This document shows, piece after piece, positions 52,700 through 64,000 of a stretch of DNA of 64,000 nucleotides. Position 1 is the stretch's first letter. Each line of letters starts with the position of its first letter. Below the pieces are notes generated by a model, which searched no databases, had not been told where the DNA came from, and saw only the letters and a list, made by a program, of their open reading frames with translations. Source of the DNA: Eledone cirrhosa (taxonomy: Eukaryota); NCBI GenBank assembly GCA_964016885.1, contig OZ024742.1, positions 315,952,001 through 316,016,000 of the forward strand, written 5' to 3'. The position numbers and the translations under genes were made by a program.

Positions 52700-53860
52700 A
52701 CTTTGAGATGGAAATGGTAATTTTATATCTTCCTCCCTACCCATCTCTATTGTTTGGCAAAATCTTCCCAGATATTGTTCTTTTGATGCAGTCTTTATAC
52801 CTGAATTTTAGTTTATGCCTTGGCCGTTTGCCTTTGACTGACTCCCCGTACAGTAACTGCTTCGGAATACGATGATTTGGCATTCTTATAACATGGCCGC
52901 ACCAGCGCAATATATATTGAATTATGAGAGATTCAACACTTTCAGAATTACGTCGTTCCAGCAACTGAACATTATCCATGCGATTGCCAATGGATACCGA
53001 ATATTCAGCGAAGACACTATTGATGAAAATGTTCAAGTAATTTTATATTTCGCTGGTATGTGACCCAAGTTTCATATACATACTGTTGATGAAAATGTTC
53101 AAGTAATTTTATATTTCGCTGGTATGTGACCCAAGTTTCACATGCATAAAACAAAGAAGGGAATACATGTTCTGTACACCTTTAACTTTATATCAGTAGA
53201 AATCATACGTCGACACCAGAGACGCCCACCTAAGAATTCTTTAGTCGTAACGAGATTTCATCATCAAGGATGTTTGTCAAGTTAACTGTGCTATCTAAAT
53301 ATACAAATTTATCAACAACCATCAGTGTTTTGTCACGCATTAATGTCACGCTAGGCTCAGTGAAATACTTGCCCGGGGCAGGTTAATACATAACAGCTGT
53401 CTTGGTAAGACTGATTGTCAAACCCAATGGGATGCATGTCTCCAAAAAAGGTTCCATGTCACTCCCAGAGTGAGAAACAATATCACAATTATCTGCATTA
53501 TTCATATAATAAAAACGCGAACACCTTTGTTTTGGCAGCAAACTGTCTGATATTAGACAACTTGCCTGTCGAACGATATTGATATAAATTCCATGTGTGA
53601 AGTCCTCAAATACCATAAGGAAAACCATAGAGAAATACAATGCAAAGAGTGTAGGTGCTGGTATATACCCTTGTTTTACCCCATTTTCAATAAAAATGGG
53701 ATCTGACACCTGTCCATCCATATTGACACAAGCCTGCATACCATCATGTAAACCTTTTAGAACTGATATAAACTGATGAGGACAACCGAGCTTAGTCAGA
53801 ATTTTTCATAAGGCAGTTCTTTTCATCGTATCAAAAGCCTTTGTAAATTCAACTTTCGTC
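52700..53860 (-). mobile_element. Degenerate RTE (BovB-like) LINE fragment with ~66-bp internal tandem duplication (~53020-53147)
   Basis: GVKQGYIPAPTLF, ADNC, ISLTKTAVMY and LRWCGHVIRMPNHRIPKQLLYGE. Confidence 0.88.
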
Positions 53861-54317
53861 AAATCAGACCGAGGAAACATTGTTTCCATTGATCTTTCCA
53901 ATTGCTAATACTATCTATCGGTCGCAAATCCAGGTAGAAGGAGCAACGTGAAATAAAGAGACTTGCTCAAGGACATAGCGCACCACCCGGTCCAGGTATC
54001 GAACTCACAACCTCACGATTAGCAATCCAATTCTCTAACCATCCAGCCACACACCTTCACTTTGTAAATATATATTCGTATACTCCAGTCCATGCAACAG
54101 CAGCCTAGTATAAGCATGCTGCTCGTAAAGAAAGCTATATATATATGATAGATTCTTTAACTTGACGTCAAACAGAAAGAAGATATATGAAGCATTGTAA
54201 AACAATGTTCACCTTTATATGTTACTGCCTTTTTTACTTATGTAATCAAATTTTGCATTATCCTCTTTTCTTTAGCTTTATGTATATGGTAGTGGAATTT
54301 ACGGACTACCTGTTTGG

Positions 54318-54375
<58 letters not shown>

Positions 54376-55071
54376 CCCATTTTACGTCTTCCTGTCTATA
54401 TCTTTCACAAACATTAAAAAACCTTGAAACTCCACTTCTGCTGTTGATTTTGTTGTAGGCGACAAAACCCATCCAAGGGTAACTCATTTCGTTTCGAACT
54501 GGTAGCGTTATGAACAAAACCATTTTTCACTGTTTAGCCAGGGCAGAAAGGGCTGTGACATCCATACTCTTTTCCAAGGCCTCCGAACCAACAGAAATTG
54601 ACGGAGGAGGGTAACCTCAAACAGGAGATCTTGCGCAAATACTAGCAAAAGAATAAATTCTGTAGCAAGATACCAAAAGATTAACAAGATGTGTTAAACC
54701 GTGTGATGGGGTAAATCAACTTACAAAAAAAATGATTATCGTTAGAACACTTTAAGTCAAAGAGTGATCTGAAGCGAAACAACACCAACAACAACGAGCA
54801 ACAACAGTAACAGTAGTACAGCAACAGCAACAACAATAACAAAAACAACCAGTTACCCTGAACTCTCCAATTTTGGAGACAAAAAGCTTTCTTCTCAAAC
54901 TACCTATCAACCTGTAGTATTTTTCCTTGGTTTATATATATATAGACAGTAACAACATAAATCTGTCGTAGAAACACACGCTAATGTATCCCGTGTTGCA
55001 ATGGGAGAACTATTTTCGAAATTCTTCGTCTGGCAACGCAAGACTTCACTAATTATCTATCTATCTATCTA

Positions 55072-55189
55072 TTGGGGATTTCAATTGTTATTTGTTATTT
55101 TATTAATAGTTTTATTTTCATATACCTGTATGTAAACTCCCCATTTGTATTTGTCCCCTTCTTTTGTGCCCTTGTGGCTAATAAAGAAA
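55072..55189 (+). mobile_element. Extreme 3' end (~120 bp) of Tx1-like LINE in (TCTA)n
   Basis: Near-identical to 55849-55969 and flanked by ATCT repeats. Confidence 0.85.
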
Positions 55190-55206
55190 TTTATCTATCT
55201 ATCTAT

Positions 55207-55969
55207 AACTTCCAAAAGTCCCTGGCCTGGCAGTGCTACCGAGGAGCTCTACCAGTTTGAGACAAGCTCTACAGACACGGGCGCTCGGACAGGGACCCTT
55301 CGAAAAAGATCTGTCCGAGATGCGTGCGCGACGAGGAAACCGTCGCGCACGCATTTGTACACTGCTCGGGCGTTACCGACCTGTGGGGCTATGTAGAACG
55401 ACTATTGTCGCGGGTGGGACCAATCCGGTTGACCACCGAGTCCATTGTCATGATCAAACCGCCACCCTCCTTCAAAAACGAGGGAGAGGCAGTTTTCCTA
55501 TGTATTATGGCTATGGTGAAAGAGGTTATATGGTGGACGAGGTTAAAAGGGCTGAGGTCAGACACCTTTCTCTCCGGCGAGCAACTGATTCGTTTTTTCA
55601 AATATCATTTTGGAAGAAGAATGAGGATGGAGAGAGAGGTGCTGTACCCCAGCAAATTTTATAAAAGGTGGGTGAATGTGGCAAAAATGGCCCGAGTGGT
55701 TGGGCCTTCTCTCTATATAAGCCTGTAGGTTGAGGAAAAAGAGGAAGAGAGGAAGGGAGTACTCACTCTTGGTGCTCCTGGAGATGAGGGTTGTACATTT
55801 TTTTGTGGGGGGGGGGGGGGTACAACCCCTGTGTAACGCCTCCCCCTATTGGGGATTTCAACAATTGTTATTTGTTATTTTATTAATAGTTTTATTTTCA
55901 TATACCTGTATGTAAACTCCCCATTTGTATTTGTCCCCTTCTTTTGTGCCCTTGTGGCTAATAAAGAAA
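55207..55969 (+). mobile_element. 5'-truncated L1/Tx1-like LINE
   Basis: FQKSLAWQCYRGALPV..CPRCVRDEETVAHAFVHC..LW..V (zf-RVT CCHC) and KEVIWWTR. Ends in AATAAAGAAA followed by (ATCT)n. Confidence 0.88.
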
Positions 55970-55999
55970 TGTATATATCTATCTATCTATTTCTATCTG

Positions 56000-56052
<53 letters not shown>

Positions 56053-56053
<1 letters not shown>

Positions 56054-57019
56054 GGCGCCTGGCACCTAGAGTGCCTTCAGGCGCTCACAGCCCTCTACCA
56101 AGCGGGAACGGCAATCGGCGGAGACTCTACTTTGACATTCTATAGGGGATTAGTGAAGGATAAGTACGACGACGTTCTCGGGGAAACTGTAAGCATCGAG
56201 GAGGACGAACTGACCAATCTGTTCGGGAGGACTTTCCGTCCAGGGCCTATGGGTAACTTCCAGAGGTCTCTGGCCTGGAAGTGCTACCGAGGAGCTCTAC
56301 CGATTCGAGACAAAATCTACAGGCACGTACGCCCTGGCAGAATCCTGCCAAAAGGACCTGTCCAAGATGCGAGCCGAACATCGAAACCGTTTTGCACACA
56401 ATTCTTCAGTCCCAGGGGTGACCGACCTGTAGAATTATGTCGAACAGCTACTGTCACGTTGGGACGCATCCAGTTGTCAGCCGAGTGCATCGTGAGGATC
56501 ACCCCCCCCCCCGCCTTCATTTAAGAATGAAGGAGAGGCGGTTTTCCTCTGTCTGGTGGTTATGGCGAAAGAGGTAATATGGTGGACGAGGTTAAAAGGA
56601 CTGAGGGCAAACACCTTTCTCTCCGGATAACAACTCATCTCCTTCTTTAAGTACCACTTCAGAAGGAAGGTGAGAGTGGAGGAGAGGTGCTACACTCCAG
56701 TAAATTCGCTGAAAGGTGGGTGAATGTGGCGAAAATGGCCCGAGTGAATGGGCCTTTTCAGTTTATAAACCTGTAGGTTGAGGAAGACGAGAACACCTAC
56801 AAAACGTGTTCCTGGTGTTGTGGGTTGTTCTATCCACGGGGTGTAAAACAACCCTGCAGTAACGTTCCCCCTATTGGGGATTTCATTTGTTATTTTATTA
56901 TATATAGTTTATTGTTATTTATTAATGTTAAAGTTACATGATTTTTATGTAAAACCCCCGCAGTCATGTCTTGTAATGTCCCATTTTTGTACGCCCCTGT
57001 GTCAAATAAAGAAAGAAAG
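56053..57019 (+). mobile_element. Second 5'-truncated Tx1-like LINE (diverged subfamily)
   Basis: FQRSLAWKCYRGALPIRDK, colinear with the 55207 copy. (ATCT)n on both sides. Confidence 0.88.
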
Positions 57020-57081
57020 ATATCTATCTATCTATCTATTTAGCTAGCTAGCTAGCTATCTATATATTTCTCACTCTCTAT

Positions 57082-57178
<97 letters not shown>

Positions 57179-57770
57179 AATATAACAAGAAGGTATACGG
57201 TGCTGAAGATAGCTAATAAGCTAGAAACTAGTTCATCGTTGCTTGGTCAGTGTTGAACAAAAGGGCAATGATGGTTTCCCACCACTGTACGGTTTAATTC
57301 GGGCTGTTTGTTTACAAACAAACCGAACATTATAATAAATGTTCGGTAAACCCATACGTACATATATATATGTGTGCATGTATGTATGTATATACATACT
57401 ACTGTACGTCTGTATACATATATGTATGTACGTATACATACTTATATTTAAGTATCAGCCGTACTAAGAGTGAGAAATGAAATATCATTTTTTCCATATA
57501 TATATATATATAAACAAATAGTAGAAAGGAAAAACATTTTTTCAGTAGAAAATGTTGAAGAGGTTTTTTATTGAAATTTCAAAGCATTAATTTATTTACA
57601 ATACCGGTTTCAGCATTAAATGTATTGTCAATTGAGGATATGCAGAATATTAAGTTGCATATTTGTACAAATAGTGAAAATAAATGATAATAAAAAAAAT
57701 ATATATATATAGAGGGGAAGAGGGGAAGAAAAGTTAATTTTCACATACGTGTTCCTTTAGAGAAGAAAGT

Positions 57771-57807
<37 letters not shown>

Positions 57808-57947
57808 AGGGAGTGTAACGTGAAGTTACTGTAGGTTCACCCAGGTGAGCACCCAATGTTCACGTCAGTGGCGAGGTGTAGAGCTAGACAGAGTGTAATA
57901 TAATTATACAAGGTCGGTTTGTTAAGCCTTCATTACGTTGATTGATT

Positions 57948-58032
57948 GGTGACGCGCGTTTCGCTATTGATCAGCTCAAGGTTCGATCAGTATCGATTTA
58001 GCCCGAATCTGGAATCAAAAGGTCGTCGGACC
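57948..58032 (-). ncRNA. Type-I hammerhead, U4->C variant, long stem II (homolog of 6019-6109)
   Basis: ggt-CCGACGA-ccttttgatt...gatcaatagc-GAAAC-gcgc-GTC-acc, with palindromic stem III. Confidence 0.68.
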
Positions 58033-58055
58033 TCTGTTGTAGTACTACTCTGTAT

Positions 58056-58109
<54 letters not shown>

Positions 58110-59070
58110 AGAAGTCCGATAATTTGACTGAAAAAACAATGTAAAGAAACTGCAATGGAGCCAAGCATCTGTGGTTTAACAGAGTGTAGCTTCAACAGAG
58201 TGTAACCTCAAATTTAAGGGTATATATATATATACTTGATATACTGTCAGTGTTTTGGGAGCAGTTAATTAACCACCGGTAGACTGTTCAAATTAATCGT
58301 TGGCAACACAGCACAGTCACACAAGGAAATTCCATGTATATCTCTATTTATATTTTCAACCGGTCTAAATTACGGAATTCTCTCCCTTGCTTTTATTGAG
58401 ATGAATTATCATTACCCTTAATGATTTTCTGTCTCCCTACGGTTGTAAATTCAAATGATTAAAAACTAATTTTATCTCCCTACAATAAATATATTTGTCT
58501 GCAGTTAACTGCGTATAAACAAACTGTGTTGCACTGCTGTTAAATGTAGATTTGATAACGATAAACCAATATAGAATGCTATGCTAGATAACTCTGCAGC
58601 TTGATACATTTTGACTTTGTTTGATTAGAATGATGTTTCTGTTATCGACAAATTGTTTCCTGTGATAGTGGTATGTAGTTTTGTACGTCTATTTCTGATG
58701 TTAACCTATTCAAATATTTCGCAACCACTGACTCATATGACCATTCAATTTAATATATAATTCTGTGTATTTATTATCCATTATGGTAAATAAGTTACAT
58801 GTTACTTTTCGCCTTTTCTTTAATGCAATTTAGTTATTAAATTTTGAGTGAGGCGAAAACGTTTTAAAATTGCAATTTTTATATTTATTGGAAGTTAATA
58901 TATAAAGACTGAACTCTGGGTTCATCACAGTTTGGTTCAGTCCAATTCAATAAAATTTAATTCCGTTCAATAGCTCATTAATAAAAACTTGCATGCCATA
59001 TTTCTCACTACTTTCTCATTGGCTCATATATTGTTATGTATGTATGTATGTATGTATGTATGTATGTATG

Positions 59071-59409
59071 CAACTCTGATGGTATCCAATGATGTTGACT
59101 TGTTCTTCTTTTTGGTAAATATCATCTTGGTTAAGAGAGTGGGACTGGCTTTGTGCAGTGACTTTGCTCGCTATAAAAGCTTCACGGCACAGGCATTGCT
59201 TTATATCTGGAGATCTGTCTGCACTTGTCGTCACATGGTACCATGGGCCAAGCACTATGTGTCAATAATGGTCACAAGTGTAGTGTTTGTACCAGAGTTT
59301 TCAAGTCGTTGGCTGGACTAAAAAGTCACACTAGTTCAGCGCATCGGTAGAGGTTCTTCTACATGGATATAAAGTAGTGGCCGTACTCGAAAACGAGTTG
59401 GCAGCCACA
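59071..59409 (+). mobile_element. RTE-derived short element, 5'-truncated
   Basis: Matches the 3' ~340 bp of the family, with (TATG)n on both sides. Confidence 0.9.
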
Positions 59410-59430
59410 ATGTATGTATGTATGTGTTAT

Positions 59431-59910
59431 GTCAAGTCGCTCTCGAGTGTTACTGGTAACATGTAACCCAGTACAACCTGTCTCATGGTCGGGTCGTCGG
59501 CGACTAAACCGGCAACCCCACCAAGCTTGCTTGGTGAGGAGGATGATAATTGGACACCATGCAGGATGAAATACAAGACCCGGCAAAGGGTAGAGGAACT
59601 CAACAGAGTCAACGGCCATCCAAATAGCAGTTTTTCTTTTTCACCTGGGAGTGAAACCTTTCTAGGCCCTGCGGCTTCGGAAGCATCCGATGATGTGGAC
59701 CAGTTCTCATTTTCGGGTAGTGTTTTCGATGCTCAGAGAGTGGGATTGGTCGAGTGCAAGGCCTTTCCCTACTTAAAAAAACCTTCAAAGCACAGGCATT
59801 GCTTGTTCAGGATATGTTACAGGTTCGTGTGGCTGGCTGTAGCCTAAAGGTGCACCAAACTCTATAATCTGACAAGTGATTGCAATACTCTTGGCAGAGT
59901 GTGCAGCCAT
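59431..59910 (+). mobile_element. Full-length diverged subfamily of the RTE-derived short element
   Basis: Conserved leader CCCAGTACAACCTGTCTCATGGTCGGGTCG..GGCGACTAAAC, plus AGAGAGTGGGA, GCACAGGCATTGC and 3' ACTCTTGGCAGAGT..GCAGCC. Confidence 0.8.
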
Positions 59911-59919
59911 TATGAATGA

Positions 59920-60010
<91 letters not shown>

Positions 60011-60289
60011 CGCATATTTCTGAGATCTATTCAAGTCTGTTCTTCATTGTATTCAGGCCGCCCAATAGCAAAGTGACAAGGTTTTTTTGTATGACTCAAC
60101 ACCATTCCGAGGTAATTGCATCATTCGTCGTTTGGGGATATGAGACATAGACACACTAGTGATGTTCCTATTGCTTGACTTTTAAACTTTCTTTTCTCAA
60201 TTGGTTAATGAATCATAATATTTATATTGAGTAAATCCTATATATGCCCATGTCCCGTGAGAATGTTATTACTAAGATCCTATTATTAC

Positions 60290-60745
60290 CACCCTCGGGT
60301 GGTTCTCTGCTAGCATATGTAGTGTGAACATTGATATTATACGCAAGTATATATACATGTAGATATGATACATCAAATAAAATCGTAATTGACAATATAC
60401 ACAAAAATTGAACGAAGTCTGTTACACTGTCTTATGTAATCAGTAACGTAATCCATGATACATTAAAAAAAGACGATATTATATATTAGGAGAAAATTAG
60501 TGACAGAAAATTAATATGTTTATTTAAGCGATCGCTAACCGGAAGTGTTGACATTTGAACATTTTAAAGAAGTGAATCTTTAAATAAATAATAAAATATA
60601 TTTAATGAACAGCCACGAAATTTAGTAGATAAATTATGTAATATTCATTCATTATTTATTCAAAGTAATCCAACTTATTTTACAAACGGGATTAAAAAAA
60701 ATAAACCGTACGCAATCCGGCAGACCTTCCTTTATTATAGTTGAG
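60290..60745 (-). repeat. Unclassified dispersed repeat, uninterrupted inverted copy of 25005-25606
   Basis: Colinear reverse-complement match lacking the SINE. Confidence 0.85.
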
Positions 60746-60903
60746 ATTACATAATTATAACTTCATGTTAACGATAAAATAGGTTGTTTCGGTCTGTAAA
60801 ACCGATGACATGCCAAAGAATTTCCAATGTATTAGGCCACTGGATCAGCCTAAACGCACACACACACACACACACACACACGTACAAACAATATATCTAT
60901 CTC

Positions 60904-61025
60904 CTGGTGAAGGGGTTATGTTCGAAACGCCCCCCCCCCACTCTCAAGCGTGAACCTAATATTAACACTTTGTACTGCATCTTCCATTTGTTTTTGATTT
61001 TTTTGTTTTCTGTTTTAACTATAAT
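60904..61025 (+). mobile_element. Decayed hammerhead-bearing short element (homolog of 3677-3798)
   Basis: CTGGTGA-a-gggg-ttat-gttc-GAAACGCC..CACTCTCAAGCGTGAACCTAATA..GTACTGC..(TA)n. Confidence 0.65.
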
Positions 61026-62338
61026 ATATATATATATATATGAAATCACACCTGCTTTCCAGCTCATATAAACTTAACACACTTTCAGACACTTATCCTC
61101 CATAAACTCTGATTATTCTCTTTTTAATTACCCTTTCTGACTTACTTTCATTCTTATCCTTGTCAATAATTTCATTTATTTTCACTTTTATTTATTTTTT
61201 TATTTATTTTTACTCCCCCCCCCCCCCTTATTCTCCGATCCACTTCCTACTTTCTATTTTTTACTTCCCCTTCTTTTACTTCCCTTGTTCCTCTACTAAC
61301 TGATTATACATGTCTTTTGTGTTTTTCAATCCAGATATATTTTTCATTTTTATTTTTATTTTATTTTTGCGCAGCCTATCCTACAATTTTATATTTGTAT
61401 TTATTTATCCACATTTCAATATGGCTGAACGCCTTAATGTGTGTATATTTTTTTTACATATGTACATGAGTGACTACGTATGTGCGCGCGCGTGCGTGCA
61501 TGTATGTGTATATATATATACATATATGTATATGTACGTGTATGTATGCGTGTGTGTACTGGTGTTTGTGTGTGTGTGTGTGTGTGTATATTATGCGTAT
61601 GTGTAAGTGTCTTTATATCCGTGCTTTTGACATTTCGGTTTTATATTTTTTTGTTTCTTTTTTCTTTTTTCTTTTTTCTTCTCCCCCCCCCCCTTCCCTC
61701 TTTTGTTACTTACCCAGTTTCATACATGGGCATGCAAACAGGTTTAATTGCGCGAGTATAAGTATGTGTATGTGTGTGTGTGTATGTACGTATCGAACGT
61801 ATGGAAGTGTAAGTGAGCGTGTGTATATAAGCATAATTATTTTTACATTTCTTTTGTGAGACATGCGTGTCTGTGTATGTATGTACCCTCGCTTTTTTTG
61901 TTTTCTTTAATTTTTTCTTTCTATCTTGTCTTTCTAATTTATCGTTACTATATTTTTATAAATATATCGTAATAGATACTTTTCTTTTATTTATTATACT
62001 CTCTTTATCTCCTTTCTTTCCGCATCTTAGTGTATGAGTGTCCAGGCGTTTTTATGCGCGCGACTTTATTTTCTTATTTTTACGAAGTAACCATTTCCGT
62101 CTGTATAATACAGACATATAGATACATTTGCCCTAAACTTTTATAATTACGCACACTTTCTAACCATACATTTACACGTGCACATATACATATATGCACA
62201 TCTATGAGCGTATATACATACACACACCTAACTATTTTTCTTGATAGATTTTTATATATTTCAATTTCTATTTCATTTATCTATATATTTTTTTTGATTT
62301 TCTTGATGTGTTTTTCTAAGTATTTGCCCATGTTTTAT

Positions 62339-62416
62339 ATTGCCTCGTCTGACGAACGAATGAAGTCGTTTATTTCGTATTCGCCTCATTCGGGAAACCT
62401 CTGGTAATGAGGTAAT
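62339..62416 (+). ncRNA. Full three-stem type-I hammerhead ribozyme
   Basis: attgcctcgt-CTGACGA-a-CGAATGA..TCATTCG-g-GAAAC-c-tct-g-GTA-atgaggtaat: 10-bp stem I, 7-bp stem II, GUA site after 62406. (TA)n lies about 100 nt downstream. Confidence 0.85.
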
Positions 62417-62515
62417 TATATTGTATTGATTTTATACATTAAATTTTGCTCTGATATGTACATAGAGCACTCTTCATTTCTATGACCTTTTCTGTTTCCA
62501 ACTGAAATTTCAATA

Positions 62516-62554
<39 letters not shown>

Positions 62555-62556
<2 letters not shown>

Positions 62557-63202
62557 TAAATATCTTTAAGTCGTTTGGAAGCCTCGACAATGCAAATGGG
62601 TAAATCTCCGGGTAACAAGATCCGGTGGTGGAGAGAAAGATGTAAGTGGGTGTACGTTGAGATGCGTGGTGTGTATAAGACGTGTAGAGGAATGAAGGAA
62701 AGAGTATAAAGGATAAAATAAAAATAACAACACGAGAAAGAGTTACCTTGGGAGAGATTTAATTGTCCCTATATATTTCGAATTCACATCCATCAACTGG
62801 GGTTTTTTTCCGGGGTGGGGGAAAGGTTGTCTGTCGGACAGGTGCGAAACGCGTCCTCCGCTGTTTGTTGTTTTGAATATTCAATACAACAAACAGCGGA
62901 GGACGCGTTTCGCACCTGTCCGACAGACAACCTTTCCCCCACCCCGGAAAAAACCCCCAGTTGATGGATGTGAATTCGAAATATATAGGGACAATTAAAT
63001 CTCTCCCAAGGTAACTCTTTCTCGTGTTGTTATTTTTATTTTATCCTTTATACTCTTTCCTTCATTCCTCTACACGTCTTATACACACCACGCATCTCAA
63101 CGTACACCCACTTACATCTTTCTCTCCACCACCGGATCTTGTTACCCGGAGATTTACCCATTTGCATTGTCGAGGCTTCCAAACGACTTAAAGATATTTA
63201 CC
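62555..63202. repeat. Near-perfect spacerless palindrome, 324-bp arms
   Basis: Centre TTGAAT|ATTCAA at 62878/62879, about 2 mismatches seen. Flanked by (TA)n. Confidence 0.95.
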
Positions 63203-63352
63203 TATTATTCCACAATGCTTCAGGCAAACTCCAATACTCTCTTATATATATATATATATGTATGTAAAAGGTAAACACAAATAGCAACATAATCGGTACA
63301 CTATATATGGAAGATATATATTAGGTTAACGCTTGATATAACAGGAAGAAGG

Positions 63353-63388
63353 TCTTAACGTTTCGCACGCTAGTCCTTCATCAGAAGA
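63353..63388 (-). ncRNA. Minimal hammerhead in ~145-bp element (63262-63408)
   Basis: tctt-CTGATGA-a-ggac-tagc-gtgc-GAAAC-GTT-aaga, with (TA)n on both sides of the element. Confidence 0.75.
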
Positions 63389-63408
63389 AAGAATGAGAAA
63401 GAAAATAG

Positions 63409-63440
<32 letters not shown>

Positions 63441-63512
63441 CATACGCACGTACGTACATTCATACATACATACGTACAAATGTACGTACATACGTACATA
63501 CATATATCATGC

Positions 63513-63594
63513 GGTAGCGTGGCCGAGTGGTCTAAGGTGGTGATTTAAGGCACCAGTCGCTTTCGAGGCTTGGGTTCGTATCCCAGCGCTGTCA
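63513..63594 (+). pseudogene. tRNA-Leu(AAG) pseudogene
   Basis: 82 nt, GGTAGCGTGGCCGAGTGGTCTAAGG..TT-AAG-GC..GGGTTCGTATCCC..CGCTGTCA. Mismatches in the anticodon stem and T-loop, and no oligo-T terminator. Confidence 0.8.
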
Positions 63595-63613
63595 ATGTTC
63601 TTCCTTATATATA

Positions 63614-64000
63614 CTAGCAGATTTACCCGGCGTTGCCCGGGGTTTGAAATTATGCTAATAAAATACAGCTAGGAAGTAAAAGAAGAAAATTATTTGTCCC
63701 CAACCTGTCAAATTAAGCAGAAGTCTTCAATAATTAATGCAAACGAATATTTAGTGCAATCTTTGTACACATAAAACTAAGCTGACAATAAAGGAAAACA
63801 CTGAATAGGACACTTTAGAAAAAATAATTTTGCTATCGATTTTTTATTGCTCAACGTGGGTCGATTTGAAAAATGTTTGTGATGTGACCATCTTAACGAC
63901 AGGTACAACGTGCACAGAAAATTTGGTCAAATTCGGTTGGGAATTGTAAAAGCCTTAGCTGTCCAAAGTTGTCCACAGACACACATCCTCGCTTTTATAT
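63614..64000 (-). mobile_element. Non-autonomous Helitron-like element (5' end runs to the window edge)
   Basis: Minus strand 3' hairpin CCCGGGCAACGCCGGG followed by ..GCTAG|T. The 5' region reads ATATAAAAGCGAGGATGTGTGTCTGT. Confidence 0.75.

Noticed and set aside
57599-57634. caa-TTGACAA-..-GAAACCGGTA-ttg on the minus strand
   Set aside because: Two core substitutions and weak stems. It may be a decayed hammerhead but is not supportable alone.

Overview
Eukaryotic, AT-rich, gene-poor DNA saturated with microsatellites. The repeat content resembles a coleoid cephalopod such as octopus, but this is inference only. No host protein-coding gene can be supported, and almost all ORF-track entries are translated microsatellites. 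The window holds several retroelement groups, each tied to its own microsatellite. (1) Two families of RLE-type (R4/Dong-like) non-LTR retrotransposons sit in (CATA)n. They alternate with a ~605-bp non-autonomous RTE-derived element ending in (ATGT)n, forming a ~15-kb array (13.3-28.9 kb) that includes a 1.9-kb tandem duplication. (2) Tx1-like LINE 3' ends sit in (TCTA)n. (3) About a dozen type-I hammerhead ribozyme motifs of several distinct designs each lie shortly upstream of a (TA)n run, and several are inside long fold-back palindromes, which is a Penelope-like-element signature. Also present are about 20 tRNA-derived SINE copies (some with TSDs), RTE and CR1-like fragments, a hAT MITE, a Tc1/mariner fragment, two Helitron 3' ends and a tRNA-Leu(AAG) pseudogene. 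All alignments and folds were done by eye, so boundaries may be off by a few bases.
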